Shown here: piece after piece, positions 10,647 through 20,965 of the stretch
How the letters are laid out: every line of letters starts with the position of its first letter
Numbering within the stretch: position 1 is the stretch's first letter
Source: Ignavibacteriota bacterium
GTDB lineage: Bacteria > Bacteroidota > Ignavibacteria > UBA10030 > UBA6906
NCBI GenBank assembly: GCA_963801355.1
Contig: CAWDEM010000008.1
Span: 2,400,001-2,464,000 of the forward strand
Direction of reading: 5' to 3'
Length of the DNA: 64,000 nucleotides
Program-made: the position numbers and the translations under genes
The notes under the pieces: generated by a model
What the model was told of the DNA's origin: nothing
The model's input: only the letters and a program-made list of their open reading frames with translations
Databases searched by the model: none

Positions 10647-11396
10647 ATGGCACAGATGCTGACCGGGCGAAAGCCCATCATCGAGGCCCTCCGATCGGGA
10701 AAGCCGATCGAACGTATCAGCATGTTGCAGGGGATCCGGGGTGACGTGATCGATGAGATCCGGCGCCTGGCCGACCAGCATGGTGTCCCCCTGACGGAAA
10801 TCGACAAACAGTCGTTCCGGCAGCTGGCTGTCGATGCGACAACCCAGGGAGTCATTGCATTCGTGCCTGCACGTCCCGCCGCCAACCTGGAGTATGTGCT
10901 TGCGTCACTCGCCGAGCAACAGCAGATCGGGTTTGTGCTCATCCTCGACCAGATCGAAGATCCGCAGAACCTGGGAGCGCTCATCCGCACGGCAGAGTGT
11001 GCGGGCGTCCATTGCGTGATCATCCCGAAGCACCATGCTGCCGGCATCACCACAGCAGTCGTCAAGGCCTCCGCCGGGGCGACCGAGCACATACCCGTGA
11101 CAGAAGTGACCAATATCGTGTCGACCGTCGAACGATTGAAGGAAGCCGGATTTTGGATTGTCGGTCTTGCGGGCGAGGGAGAGAAGACATTCAACGAGCC
11201 GGACTACACTGTGCCGATCGTGCTGGTGGTGGGTGGCGAAGGGCGTGGCATCAGACGCCTGGTGAAGGAGCACTGTGACCACCTCGTGCGGATCCCGCTC
11301 TTCGGAAAGATCGAATCGCTGAATGCTTCCGTCGCCGGCGCTCTGTGCATGTACGAAGTCGTCCGTCAGAGGACCAGAGCGATTCTCAGGGCCTGA
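10647..11396 (+). CDS. rlmB: 23S rRNA (guanosine-2'-O)-methyltransferase RlmB
   Basis: SpoU motifs DQIEDPQNLGALIRTA, KASAGA, GGEGRG, ESLNASVA. Confidence 0.92.
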   Translation: MAQMLTGRKPIIEALRSGKPIERISMLQGIRGDVIDEIRRLADQHGVPLTEIDKQSFRQLAVDATTQGVIAFVPARPAANLEYVLASLAEQQQIGFVLILDQIEDPQNLGALIRTAECAGVHCVIIPKHHAAGITTAVVKASAGATEHIPVTEVTNIVSTVERLKEAGFWIVGLAGEGEKTFNEPDYTVPIVLVVGGEGRGIRRLVKEHCDHLVRIPLFGKIESLNASVAGALCMYEVVRQRTRAILRA

Positions 11397-11426
11397 ATGC
11401 CGTGACGTGAACCCCGCACACCGTCC

Positions 11427-12758
11427 TTACCCGCGCTCCAATCCGTATTTCTTCATCTTGCTGTAGAGATGGCTCCGCTGTATCTTGAGAAGTTCAGCGG
11501 TCCTGCTGACATTCCAGCCCGACGCCTCAAGCTGTTTCCTGATGAAGACCGCCTCGGCCCGGTCTTTGAACTCCTGAAATGTCATCCCCTCCATATCGAG
11601 GCCGGCAACCTCACCCCTGGGTGTGGACGGCGGGGCCGGGAGATCGGTTTCCGCAATGACAGCATCGGGGGTCATGATCACCATTCGTTCGATCGTATTG
11701 CGCAATTCCCGGACGTTGCCGCTCCATTCCATGGCCTGCAGACGGTGGAGTACTTCTTCCGCGATGGTCTTCGCGGCGATGCCATTCTGGGCACAGACTT
11801 CATCAACGAACTCCCGCGCCAGGAGCGGAATATCTTCTCTCCTTTCACGCAAACTGGGCACCCGGATCGGTATCACGTTCAATCGATGGTACAGGTCTTC
11901 GCGAAACGTGCCGTTGCGTGCTGCGTCGGCGATGTTCTTATTCGTCGCGGCAATCACGCGGACGTCCACGGTGATCTGCCGTGAACCACCAACCCTTTCG
12001 ATCCTCCCTTCTTCGAGTGCCCGCAGAACTTTCGCCTGCGCGTTCAAGCTCATGTCACCGATCTCATCGAGGAACACTGTCCCGTGGTCGGCCAGCTCGA
12101 ACTTTCCCACCCGCTGGTTCGTCGCGCCGGTGAAGGAACCCTTTTCGTGCCCGAACAGCTCCGACTCGATGAGCTCGTTGGGGATCGCCGCACAGTTCAC
12201 TTCAATGAGCGGCTGCGCGGATCGTTTGCTGAATCGATGGATCGCCTGGGCGACGAGCTCTTTTCCTGTGCCGTTTTCGCCCGTGATCAACACCCGGGCT
12301 TCCGTCGGGGCCACCCGTTTGATGAGCGCAAGCAGGTCTTTCATCACCTGGGTCTCGCCGATAATGCGGGACTTCCGGTCCACCTGCTCGCGCAGATGTT
12401 TGTACTCGGTGGCGTTCCGCACGACGATGATCAAGCGTTCGCGATCAATGGGTTTGGGAAGAAAGTCATAGGCACCGAGGCGCGTCGCCTCAACAGCGGT
12501 CTCGATGGTACCATGCCCCGAAATCATCACGACAGGGAGTGCGGGGGAGGATTCACGGATCACCTGCAGGACGCGCATGCCATCGATCCCGGGCATCTTG
12601 ATATCCAGCAGCACCAGATCGACACCTCCCGCCTGCACCCGGGTGATTGCCGATGGACCGTCTTCCGCGAACACGACGGCAAACCTCTCGTATTCCAAGA
12701 TCATCCTGATGGAGTCGCGGATCGCCTTTTCGTCGTCGACAACGAGCACTGTTTTCAT
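11427..12758 (-). CDS. Sigma54-type response regulator (REC-AAA+-HTH), NtrX-like
   Basis: REC domain, GENGTGKE, ELFGHEKGSFTGA, FLDEIG, GNVREL, Fis-type HTH. Confidence 0.92.
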   Translation of the reverse strand: MKTVLVVDDEKAIRDSIRMILEYERFAVVFAEDGPSAITRVQAGGVDLVLLDIKMPGIDGMRVLQVIRESSPALPVVMISGHGTIETAVEATRLGAYDFLPKPIDRERLIIVVRNATEYKHLREQVDRKSRIIGETQVMKDLLALIKRVAPTEARVLITGENGTGKELVAQAIHRFSKRSAQPLIEVNCAAIPNELIESELFGHEKGSFTGATNQRVGKFELADHGTVFLDEIGDMSLNAQAKVLRALEEGRIERVGGSRQITVDVRVIAATNKNIADAARNGTFREDLYHRLNVIPIRVPSLRERREDIPLLAREFVDEVCAQNGIAAKTIAEEVLHRLQAMEWSGNVRELRNTIERMVIMTPDAVIAETDLPAPPSTPRGEVAGLDMEGMTFQEFKDRAEAVFIRKQLEASGWNVSRTAELLKIQRSHLYSKMKKYGLERG

Positions 12759-12797
12759 GGATCCTCGCCCGCTACGGGCTCCTCCGATGCGACATCA

Positions 12798-13544
12798 TTA
12801 CGGTTCCCTCTCCGGCCGCGCCGGGGCGGAGAGGGGGACATGCATTTCACTCGACGGAAGCACCTCCCGATCCTCACGCAACCGTGCGGCAAAGCGCCTT
12901 CCCCGGTCGTTTGCCGCAAGGTCTCGGGAGTCATAAGCTCCGCCTACGACAATAGCGTCTTCCCCCCACTCAATGAAGTCTCCGAAACGCTCCGCCGGAG
13001 CGGAGCCACCAAATACATAGGCAAGAAACGCCGAGCCGAAGAAATGCTGCAGTTTGTCCCGGTCGCCGTTTCCCCCGGGAGGGGAATCGGGAAACAAGTG
13101 AGCCGGTAATGCGCCGACGCGTTCCGCAAATTCCCCGGGGAATTCTCCGGTCAGGGGGAACCAGACCACCGGACCCAGCAGGGGCACCCGCAACCCCACG
13201 GTGCGGTGGTCGACCGTGGCCAGAAAGATGACGAGCAACGATACGGCCCGGTTGTTCCAGCACATCTGCTCGGCCCACCGGAATGCCACGTCGACGGCAT
13301 ACTGATCGCCCCAGCGTTCCCTGAGCAGGCGGAATTCTTCGCGGCGGAGCGACTCCTTGAGTTCCTGTACGGCAGTGCACACCACCGGGATCAGGATCGG
13401 AAGGATCGCCTCCTGGAGGGGGTGTATCTCGTCCAGTGCCGGCAACGGCGGAGGCGCACACGAATCCCTCCCTCCCTGCCCGCTGCTCTTGACCGTGCCC
13501 CATACGACCAGTGCAGCGACAATCCCCATCCCGATGCGATTCAT
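12798..13544 (-). CDS. Hypothetical exported/membrane protein with a DKxxHF motif
   Basis: ATG 13544 overlaps the upstream stop (ATGA); hydrophobic N-terminus; DKLQHFFGSAFLAY...DLAANDRG. Confidence 0.65.
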   Translation of the reverse strand: MNRIGMGIVAALVVWGTVKSSGQGGRDSCAPPPLPALDEIHPLQEAILPILIPVVCTAVQELKESLRREEFRLLRERWGDQYAVDVAFRWAEQMCWNNRAVSLLVIFLATVDHRTVGLRVPLLGPVVWFPLTGEFPGEFAERVGALPAHLFPDSPPGGNGDRDKLQHFFGSAFLAYVFGGSAPAERFGDFIEWGEDAIVVGGAYDSRDLAANDRGRRFAARLREDREVLPSSEMHVPLSAPARPEREP

Positions 13545-14461
13545 CGACGGCGGAAAAACTCCACAGTCTTGCGCAGACCGTCCGCCAGCGAGACGGCCGG
13601 GTGCCACCCCAACTCGTCTGCAATCCGGCGGCAGTCTAGAACGCTTCTCGTCTGTTCTCCTTGCTTCCCGGGCCCATGCGTTTCCAGACATGCGCTCCCT
13701 GTCGCAGCTTTGAGCGCACGGAATATCGCGTTGACGTCCGTCTCTATGCCCGTGCCCACGTTGTAGATATGACATCCCTTCGTCCGCAGGGCAAGGAGAT
13801 TGGCGTTCACCACGTCACCGACGAACACATAGTCCCGCGTCTGAGCACCGTCCCCGTTGATCACCGGCATCCCCGCCTGGAGCATCTTCGTGGTGAAGAT
13901 TGCCACCACTCCCGCTTCCCCTTCGGGGTTTTGTCTCGGACCATAGACATTCGCATACCGGAGCGCGATCGGTTCAAACCCGTGGACGGAGGCATAATAG
14001 AACAGATACTGCTCGGTTGTCAGTTTCGCCACGCCGTATGGAGAAATCGGACGTGTGGGATGTGTTTCCGGCGCAGGAAATACCTCCTGCTCACCGTACA
14101 CCGCGCCCCCGCTCGAAGCGAAGATCACCCGGCGGATTCCCGAACGGAGACTCTGCTCCATCAGCGTGAGCATGCCAAGGATGTTGACCGATGCGTCGTA
14201 GACCGGGTCCGCGACCGAACGACGAATATCCATCTGTGCGGCATGGTGATTGACGACGTCGAATTTCCCGGCGGTCATCACCTTGCCGAGGGCTTCCGCA
14301 TCACGGAGGTCCACGTTGCAGAACTCCGCGGAGGGATTGACATTACCCTGTCTTCCCGTGGAGAGGTTATCAACCACTGTCACACGGTGACCATCGGCGA
14401 GATAGGCGTCAACAATATGAGAACCGATGAAGCCGGCTCCTCCGGTGACCAGTATGTTCAT
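13541..14461 (-). CDS. NAD-dependent epimerase/dehydratase (UDP-glucose 4-epimerase-like)
   Basis: TGGAGFIGSH, YGVAK, LRYANVYGPRQ, TRDYVFV. Confidence 0.92.
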   Translation of the reverse strand: MNILVTGGAGFIGSHIVDAYLADGHRVTVVDNLSTGRQGNVNPSAEFCNVDLRDAEALGKVMTAGKFDVVNHHAAQMDIRRSVADPVYDASVNILGMLTLMEQSLRSGIRRVIFASSGGAVYGEQEVFPAPETHPTRPISPYGVAKLTTEQYLFYYASVHGFEPIALRYANVYGPRQNPEGEAGVVAIFTTKMLQAGMPVINGDGAQTRDYVFVGDVVNANLLALRTKGCHIYNVGTGIETDVNAIFRALKAATGSACLETHGPGKQGEQTRSVLDCRRIADELGWHPAVSLADGLRKTVEFFRRR

Positions 14462-15789
14462 GGCGTAGTGTTCCTTTCGATATACGAACCGATGGCATAG
14501 ATGAGCGCCCGGTACCCAATGTCGCGCCGGTAGTGCATCCCGTCGAAATGGACTTGTGCGACGGCCGCATAGGCATCGCGAATGGTGTCTGCAATAATCC
14601 CGGATGCCCGCACGGCTGTGATCCCGAGGACCCGGCCTCCGGCAGAAACCAGCGTTGTTCCTTCCATGCGGGTCCCCGCGTGGAAGGCGATGATGCCCTG
14701 ACGGCGGTCCAGGCGTTCGAGTCCGGTGATGGCCTTCCCCGCTTCATACGCATCGGGATATCCTCCGGAGGCAAGAACAACGCAGACCGCCGTACCCGGT
14801 GTCTGCGGCGTCCAGCTCAGGTTCCGGTACGCCCCGACCCCTCCTCGAGCCGCCGCAAGAAGCAGTTGGGCCAGATCACCCCCGAACAGCGGAAGAACGA
14901 CCTGGGTTTCAGGATCGCCGAATCTGGAATTGTATTCGATGACCCTGGGCCCGTCGGGCGCGATCATCAGGCCCACATACAGACATCCGGCATACGGTCT
15001 CCCCTCAGCAGCCATCCCTGCAAGTGTCGGACGCACAATGGTCTCCTCCACCTGCCGCAGCAGGGCAGCAGTCACGATGGGCGCCGGGGCGTATGCCCCC
15101 ATGCCGCCCGTATTCTTGCCTTCATCGTTGTCGAGAGCACGCTTGTGATCCTGCGCCGGAGCAAGAATCACGTAGTCCGCACCGTCGGTGATCGCAAACA
15201 CTGATGCCTCCTCACCCCGGAGGAATTCTTCCACGACAACGCGCGAACCAGCCCGACCGAACCTGGCTCCGCGGAGCATCCCGAGCACCTCCCGCGTGGC
15301 CTCGTCCCGGTCATGACAGATGAGCACGCCTTTTCCTGCTGCCAGACCGTCGGCCTTGACGACCACGGGCAACGGGATCCGCTGCAAATACTCCGAAGCC
15401 CCGGACTCCTCTCCCTGTTCAAACGTTCTGCTTGCGGCAGTCGGGATGCGATGACGGGACATGAATTCTTTGGCGAACACCTTGCTCCACTCGAGTTCGG
15501 CGGCCCGGCGCGTCGGTCCGAACACGGGGATACTCTGTGCACGGAAGAGATCGACAATTCCCTCGGCAAGAGGTTGTTCCGGACCGACCACGGTCAGGTC
15601 AATATGCTCTTGCCGGGCATACGCCACAAGAGCCTGAAGATCGGTGGAGGCAATGGGCACCAATTCGGCTACACGCGCCATCCCGGGATTTCCCGGGGCG
15701 CAGATGAGTCTGGTGACGCCGTCGCATCGCGCGAGAGCCCATGCCAGCGCGTGTTCTCTGCCGCCGGATCCTATAACAAGTACATTCAT
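14458..15789 (-). CDS. purD: Phosphoribosylamine-glycine ligase
   Basis: GSGGREHAL, VGPEQPL, KADGLAAGKGV, QDHKR, NTGGMGAY, RFGDPETQ. Confidence 0.97.
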   Translation of the reverse strand: MNVLVIGSGGREHALAWALARCDGVTRLICAPGNPGMARVAELVPIASTDLQALVAYARQEHIDLTVVGPEQPLAEGIVDLFRAQSIPVFGPTRRAAELEWSKVFAKEFMSRHRIPTAASRTFEQGEESGASEYLQRIPLPVVVKADGLAAGKGVLICHDRDEATREVLGMLRGARFGRAGSRVVVEEFLRGEEASVFAITDGADYVILAPAQDHKRALDNDEGKNTGGMGAYAPAPIVTAALLRQVEETIVRPTLAGMAAEGRPYAGCLYVGLMIAPDGPRVIEYNSRFGDPETQVVLPLFGGDLAQLLLAAARGGVGAYRNLSWTPQTPGTAVCVVLASGGYPDAYEAGKAITGLERLDRRQGIIAFHAGTRMEGTTLVSAGGRVLGITAVRASGIIADTIRDAYAAVAQVHFDGMHYRRDIGYRALIYAIGSYIERNTTP

Positions 15790-15790
15790 G

Positions 15791-17086
15791 TTATGATTCC
15801 ACAAGAAGAGATTCGAAAATTCTCACAACCGACCTCGTCAGGAGAACGCGATTGTAACGGTCAATCACCTCCTGGTCGGGCCCGCGCAATTCATGTCGTT
15901 CCCAGAGGTTGAAGAACCTCATGATCGCCGCTTTGATCGCCGGCACATCGTCCGGTGCGGTGACCGTACCCCCCGCCTCGAGGACTGCACTCTTGATGAA
16001 TCCGTCCGGGGCACATGCCAGGATAGGCTTTCCCGCTCCAATGTACTCGTAGGTCTTCCCCGGCGAACCGACATCATCACCGACAATCATCCAGAGGACA
16101 TCGGAGGCAAGAAGCTCACGGATGCACTGCACATGCGGCAGATAGCCTGTTTCCGTCACCGTAGCTTGCAGCCCGAGACGCGACACCAGCTTCCGGTTTT
16201 CATCGCGGAAGTTGCCGACGAAGTGTGCATTGATGCGCCCACGCAACCGCGGCTGCTCCTTCAGCAGTTCGGCCAGCGCACCGAGAAAGTAATCCGGCTT
16301 GCGGTCTTCCCAGAACACCCCGGCGTACGTGATACGCATGGCCGTTCGCTTTGGAATATTGAGCGGCAGGCTGCGTGCCTTCTCAAAGTCGGCAGGGTCA
16401 AATCCCTGCGGAATGATATCCACATCGTGATACCCCAGAAACCGGTGCCTTTTGAGAATGAGCTCCTTGACCTTCCTGTTCGTGGTCACAATATGGCTGC
16501 TTGCTTTCAGGGCATGGCGCTCGAGACGGATGTTCACGAGCTTGTGCAGCGGTGTCGGGTAGAACTTGAACGGATATTCCACCCAGGGATCGCGATAGTC
16601 GAAGACGAGGGGGATGTGCAGTTCCTTCTTCAGGGCACGGCCGATGAGAAAATCCGTAAAAGGGGGCGCGGTGGCAAAAATCATATCAAAGGGGGTCTCG
16701 CGCGCGATCTCCAGTGCCCGGGTCACCGCCTTGCGTTTCCACCCGATCTTGTTGTCCGGGAAAAACACCGTATCGCTGAGGTGGCTGAGCAGCTTCCGGC
16801 TCCATTCGGAAGGAAACTCGACGACCTGCTTCCCGGTGATAAGCTTCCCGGGTCCCGCGGCGGCTGTACGCACAATGCGTGTATCGCGCCCCTCCAGATC
16901 TTCCAGCAGGGTATCATCCTCGGCGAGATACCCGCGCGGCTCCACGGTCAACACCGTCGGATGCCACCCGTATTCCGAGAAATACTTGACAAATTTCAAT
17001 GTCCGCTGGACACCGCTCAAGCCCATGGGTGGGAAGTAGTATGCGATGACCAGGACCCGCCGTGGTGTTTCTGTTCGTGGAGGCAT
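15791..17086 (-). CDS. Glycosyltransferase family 4 (GT-B)
   Basis: IAYYFPP..GVQR, DYRDPW, PGKTYEYIGAGKPIL. Confidence 0.85.
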   Translation of the reverse strand: MPPRTETPRRVLVIAYYFPPMGLSGVQRTLKFVKYFSEYGWHPTVLTVEPRGYLAEDDTLLEDLEGRDTRIVRTAAAGPGKLITGKQVVEFPSEWSRKLLSHLSDTVFFPDNKIGWKRKAVTRALEIARETPFDMIFATAPPFTDFLIGRALKKELHIPLVFDYRDPWVEYPFKFYPTPLHKLVNIRLERHALKASSHIVTTNRKVKELILKRHRFLGYHDVDIIPQGFDPADFEKARSLPLNIPKRTAMRITYAGVFWEDRKPDYFLGALAELLKEQPRLRGRINAHFVGNFRDENRKLVSRLGLQATVTETGYLPHVQCIRELLASDVLWMIVGDDVGSPGKTYEYIGAGKPILACAPDGFIKSAVLEAGGTVTAPDDVPAIKAAIMRFFNLWERHELRGPDQEVIDRYNRVLLTRSVVRIFESLLVES

Positions 17087-17088
17087 AA

Positions 17089-18135
17089 TCACATGATGAG
17101 GAGCTCTTTGGGGGCTCCGGTGAGCACCGTACATCCCGACGACGTCAGTACGACATCATCTTCAATGCGCACGCCGAAGCGTTCCGGGAGATAGATCCCG
17201 GGTTCAATAGTTATCACACTTCCCACCCGCAGCTGCTCGTTGCTGAGGTGTGACACCCGGGGCCGTTCATGGATCCTCAGCCCGAGGCCGTGTCCGAGCG
17301 AATGGGTGAAGAACCGTCCGAAACCATCCGCTGCAATGGGTGCGCGCGCCGCGGCATCAAGATCCGATGCGATCATGCCCGCCCGCGCAACATCGATCGC
17401 TTCACGCTGGGCTGCGAGCACGCTGGCGTAGACATCACGCTGCGCGCGTCCGATCCGGCCTATACCCACCGTCCGCGTCAGGTCGGAGCAATATCCGTCC
17501 ACGGTGCAGCCGAAATCCAGGGTGATGAATTCCCCCGATCTGACGGTTTTCTCTGACGCCCGGCCATGTGGCAGGGCGCCGCGGTTTCCGCTGGCGATGA
17601 TGGGTTCGAACGCATCTCCACCTGCCCCATGACAACGATGGCGGTAGGTGATTTCCGCGGCGATCTCAAGCTCCCTCACACCAGGCCGGAGAAACGAAAG
17701 GATCTCCAGGAACACTTTGTCCGTGATCGCCACCGCGCGCCTGATGCTCGAGAGTTCATCGGGATCCTTGACGATTGCGATTTCTTCGACGAAGCCGCGC
17801 ACAGGCACCAGCTCCACAGAACCTACGCTGTCCCGGAAAGGCTTATACTGGGCATAGGTGACGTCTTCCGACTCAAAAGCCACACGCCGGCACCCTCTCA
17901 GGAGTTTCCGTGCGACAATCGTTTTCCAGAGATCATGGGATGCAATGATCCGCCGGAACCCCCGGACTTCCTGTGCGCTCTGCGCACGGTACCGGGAATC
18001 TGTGAGAAACCATGCCTCCGATGCCGTGACAACCGCAACCCCGTGCGAGCCGGTGAATCTGGTCAGGTAGCGGACATTGGGAAGGTGAGAAACCACCAGT
18101 GCGGCGATGTGGTGTTCACGCATGCGCGCCCGCAA
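17089..18135 (-). CDS. Xaa-Pro aminopeptidase (M24B)
   Basis: RYLTRFTGS, DFG..YCSDLTRT, HSLGHGLGLRIHE, TIEPGIY, GVRIEDD. Start codon uncertain (TTG 18135 or ATG 18123). Confidence 0.92.
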   Translation of the reverse strand: MRARMREHHIAALVVSHLPNVRYLTRFTGSHGVAVVTASEAWFLTDSRYRAQSAQEVRGFRRIIASHDLWKTIVARKLLRGCRRVAFESEDVTYAQYKPFRDSVGSVELVPVRGFVEEIAIVKDPDELSSIRRAVAITDKVFLEILSFLRPGVRELEIAAEITYRHRCHGAGGDAFEPIIASGNRGALPHGRASEKTVRSGEFITLDFGCTVDGYCSDLTRTVGIGRIGRAQRDVYASVLAAQREAIDVARAGMIASDLDAAARAPIAADGFGRFFTHSLGHGLGLRIHERPRVSHLSNEQLRVGSVITIEPGIYLPERFGVRIEDDVVLTSSGCTVLTGAPKELLIM

Positions 18136-18175
18136 TCGGACGAGACGGTCAGCGCGGAGTGACCGGAACCGGCCG

Positions 18176-19645
18176 TCAGCGAAGGTGGTAATTCGGAGCC
18201 TCTTTGGTAATCGTGATATCGTGAGGATGGCTCTCGCGGAGACCCGCCTCGGTCATACGGACAAACCGTCCTTTAGACTGGAGTTCCCGGACGGTGCGAG
18301 CGCCGCTATATCCCATCGCCGAGCGCAACCCGCCGATCATCTGATAGATTGTCTCGCCCAGTGAACCTTTGAACGGCACGCGCCCCTCGATCCCTTCAGG
18401 CACGAGCTTCTGGATGTCGTCTTCCGCATCCTGAAAATATCTGTCCTTGCTCCCCGCTCTCATCGCCTCGATGGATCCCATCCCGCGATAGACCTTGTAG
18501 CTCCTTCCTTCGTAGAGCATCTTTTCCCCGGGGCTTTCCTCCACGCCGGCGAAGAGGCCGCCGATCATCACTGAATCCGCACCGGCGGCAATGGCCTTTG
18601 CAATATCCCCTGTCTGCTTGATGCCTCCGTCGGCAATCACCGGAATCCCGGCCTTGTGTGCGACAGCGGCGCACTCCATGATCGCGGTCACCTGCGGTAC
18701 GCCGACTCCGGCAACAACACGGGTCGTACAGATGGATCCCGGGCCGATCCCCACTTTCACGGCGTCCACGCCGGCCCGGACCAGGGCCCGCGTGCCTTCG
18801 CGCGTCCCCACGTTCCCGGCGACAAGATTGAGCGACGGAAATTCCTTGCGCAGCTTTCGCGCCGTATCGACCACACCCTGCGAGTGCCCATGGGCGGTAT
18901 CCACAATGACCAGGTCCACCCCCGCTTTCACCAGCGCCGCCACACGCTCCCCGGTTTCACCGGTGACGCCCACCGCAGCTCCAACGCGCAGCCGTCCATG
19001 CCGGTCTTTGCATGCATTGGGATGGCGGATTTTTTTCATGATATCTTTATAGGTAATGAGGCCCCGCAGCACGCCCTGCTTGTCCACCACCGGCAGCTTT
19101 TCGATCTTGTATTTCATCAACAGCTGCTTCGCTTCTTCCAGATTCGTGCCCACCGGAGCGGTAATGAGGTGTTCCCGGGTCATGATTTCGGCCACCGGCT
19201 GCTCTTCATCCGGCTCGAAGCGCAGGTCCCGGTTGGTGATGATGCCGATCAGACGTTGCTGGTCATCGACCACAGGAATACCGGAAATCCTGTATTTGGT
19301 CATCAGCTGGATGACGTCGCCCACTTTCTGTGTCGCATTGACGGTGACCGGGTCGAGGATCATGCCGCTCTCCGACCGTTTCACCAGGTCGACCTCTTCC
19401 GCCTGGGCGGCAATCGTCATATTCTTGTGCAGTATGCCGATGCCTCCCTCCCTTGCCATGGCGATTGCCATCGCGGATTCCGTCACAGTGTCCATCGCCG
19501 CGCTCAGCAAGGGAATGTGCATCGTGATATGACGGGTCAGTCGTGTGCGCACGTCGACATCGCGCGGCAACACGGTGGAATGATTGGGGACAAGAAGGAC
19601 ATCGTCGTAGGTGAGTGCTTCGCCCATGATCTTTGCTGGTTTCAC
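18176..19645 (-). CDS. guaB: IMP dehydrogenase with CBS pair
   Basis: [40 protein letters not shown]. Confidence 0.98.
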   Translation of the reverse strand: MKPAKIMGEALTYDDVLLVPNHSTVLPRDVDVRTRLTRHITMHIPLLSAAMDTVTESAMAIAMAREGGIGILHKNMTIAAQAEEVDLVKRSESGMILDPVTVNATQKVGDVIQLMTKYRISGIPVVDDQQRLIGIITNRDLRFEPDEEQPVAEIMTREHLITAPVGTNLEEAKQLLMKYKIEKLPVVDKQGVLRGLITYKDIMKKIRHPNACKDRHGRLRVGAAVGVTGETGERVAALVKAGVDLVIVDTAHGHSQGVVDTARKLRKEFPSLNLVAGNVGTREGTRALVRAGVDAVKVGIGPGSICTTRVVAGVGVPQVTAIMECAAVAHKAGIPVIADGGIKQTGDIAKAIAAGADSVMIGGLFAGVEESPGEKMLYEGRSYKVYRGMGSIEAMRAGSKDRYFQDAEDDIQKLVPEGIEGRVPFKGSLGETIYQMIGGLRSAMGYSGARTVRELQSKGRFVRMTEAGLRESHPHDITITKEAPNYHLR

Positions 19646-19686
19646 GTCAGGTGGCCCCGATAGCCGGTGGTTGTCTCAGTGAGTGG

Positions 19687-20868
19687 TCATGATGTGTACG
19701 CCGGAAAGCCGGTTATGTCTTCGCCTACAATCAGCGTGTGCATCTCATGCGTCCCTTCGTACGTCAGCACCGATTCGAGGTTTGACGCGTGACGCATCAC
19801 GGGATACTCATCCAGAATCCCGTTTGCCCCCAGGATGCTGCGCGCACTCCGCGCAATCGCGAGAGCCTGATGCACATTGTTGCGTTTGGCAAGAGAGATC
19901 TGCTGGTAGCGGACTCTTCCGCCATCCTTCAGGCGCCCGAGCTGCACGCAGAGCAACTGCGCTTTCGTGATTTCGGTAACCATCTCCACCAGTTTTGCCT
20001 GTGTGAGCTGGAATGATGCAATCGGTCTGTCGAATTGAACGCGTGTACGCGCGTAGGTGCCGGCTGAGTCGTAACAGGCCATTGCTGCGCCGAGGACGCC
20101 CCAGGCGATGCCGTAGCGCGCCTGATTCAAGCACGACAGGGGAGCGCGCAGGCCATCCGCAAGCGGGAGAATGCTCGAGGGGGGCAGGACAACATCCTGG
20201 AACACCAATTCCGAGGTCACGGACGCCCGCAGGGAGTGCTTCCCCTTCATCTCGGGAGCGGAGAATCCCGGTGTCCCCTTCTCCACGAGAAAACCCCTGA
20301 TCGTTCCGTCAAGTTTCGCCCAGACCACGGCAATATCGGCAATCGTGCCGTTGGTGATCCACATCTTGGCACCATTGAGCACATAGCCGTCCCCGTGGCG
20401 CTCAGCCATGGTCAGGAGTCCGGCAGGATTCGACCCGAAGTCAGGTTCCGTGAGCCCGAAGCATCCCACTGCTTCACCCGTTGCCAGGCGCGGCAACCAG
20501 TAGTTCTTCTGCTCGTCGGACCCGTAGGCATAGATCGGGTACATCACCAGGGCACTCTGGACGGAAACAAAACTTCTGAGCGCACTGTCTCCCCGCTCCA
20601 GTTCCTGCATTGCCAGACCGTACGCCACGTTGTTCATCCCGGCACAACCATACTCCGCAGGCAACGTCGCACCGAAGAGGCCCAGGTCCGCCATGCGCGG
20701 GATCAACGCAGCGGGGAATTCACCGTTGCGGTAGTATTCTTCAATGATGGGAATGACGTGGTCATCCACGAAGGCACGCACGGTGGAACGCACAAGGATT
20801 TCTTCTTCGCTGAAGAGTTCATCAACGCCGAAGTAGTCAAGCCCGAGGAATTTGGACATGCGCGGCAC
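19687..20868 (-). CDS. gcdH: Acyl-CoA dehydrogenase, glutaryl-CoA dehydrogenase type
   Basis: ELERGDS, SVQSALVMYPI, CFGLTEPDFGSNP, KMWITNG, SLRAS, ILGANGI, TYEGT. Confidence 0.85.
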   Translation of the reverse strand: MPRMSKFLGLDYFGVDELFSEEEILVRSTVRAFVDDHVIPIIEEYYRNGEFPAALIPRMADLGLFGATLPAEYGCAGMNNVAYGLAMQELERGDSALRSFVSVQSALVMYPIYAYGSDEQKNYWLPRLATGEAVGCFGLTEPDFGSNPAGLLTMAERHGDGYVLNGAKMWITNGTIADIAVVWAKLDGTIRGFLVEKGTPGFSAPEMKGKHSLRASVTSELVFQDVVLPPSSILPLADGLRAPLSCLNQARYGIAWGVLGAAMACYDSAGTYARTRVQFDRPIASFQLTQAKLVEMVTEITKAQLLCVQLGRLKDGGRVRYQQISLAKRNNVHQALAIARSARSILGANGILDEYPVMRHASNLESVLTYEGTHEMHTLIVGEDITGFPAYTS

Positions 20869-20965
20869 CGTGCAGGTGAAGATAAATAAGATAGCGAAAT
20901 GGAGAGCTTAAAAGCAAGATACGTGCGGAGCAGGTGATGATACGAGGAGTGCGACGGCAGACCGG

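Noticed and set aside
18123-18180. Possible frameshift or non-canonical start of the M24 peptidase (family-like RLVRLR residues precede the first TTG)
   Set aside because: TTG 18135 or ATG 18123 are adequate starts; this cannot be resolved from sequence alone.
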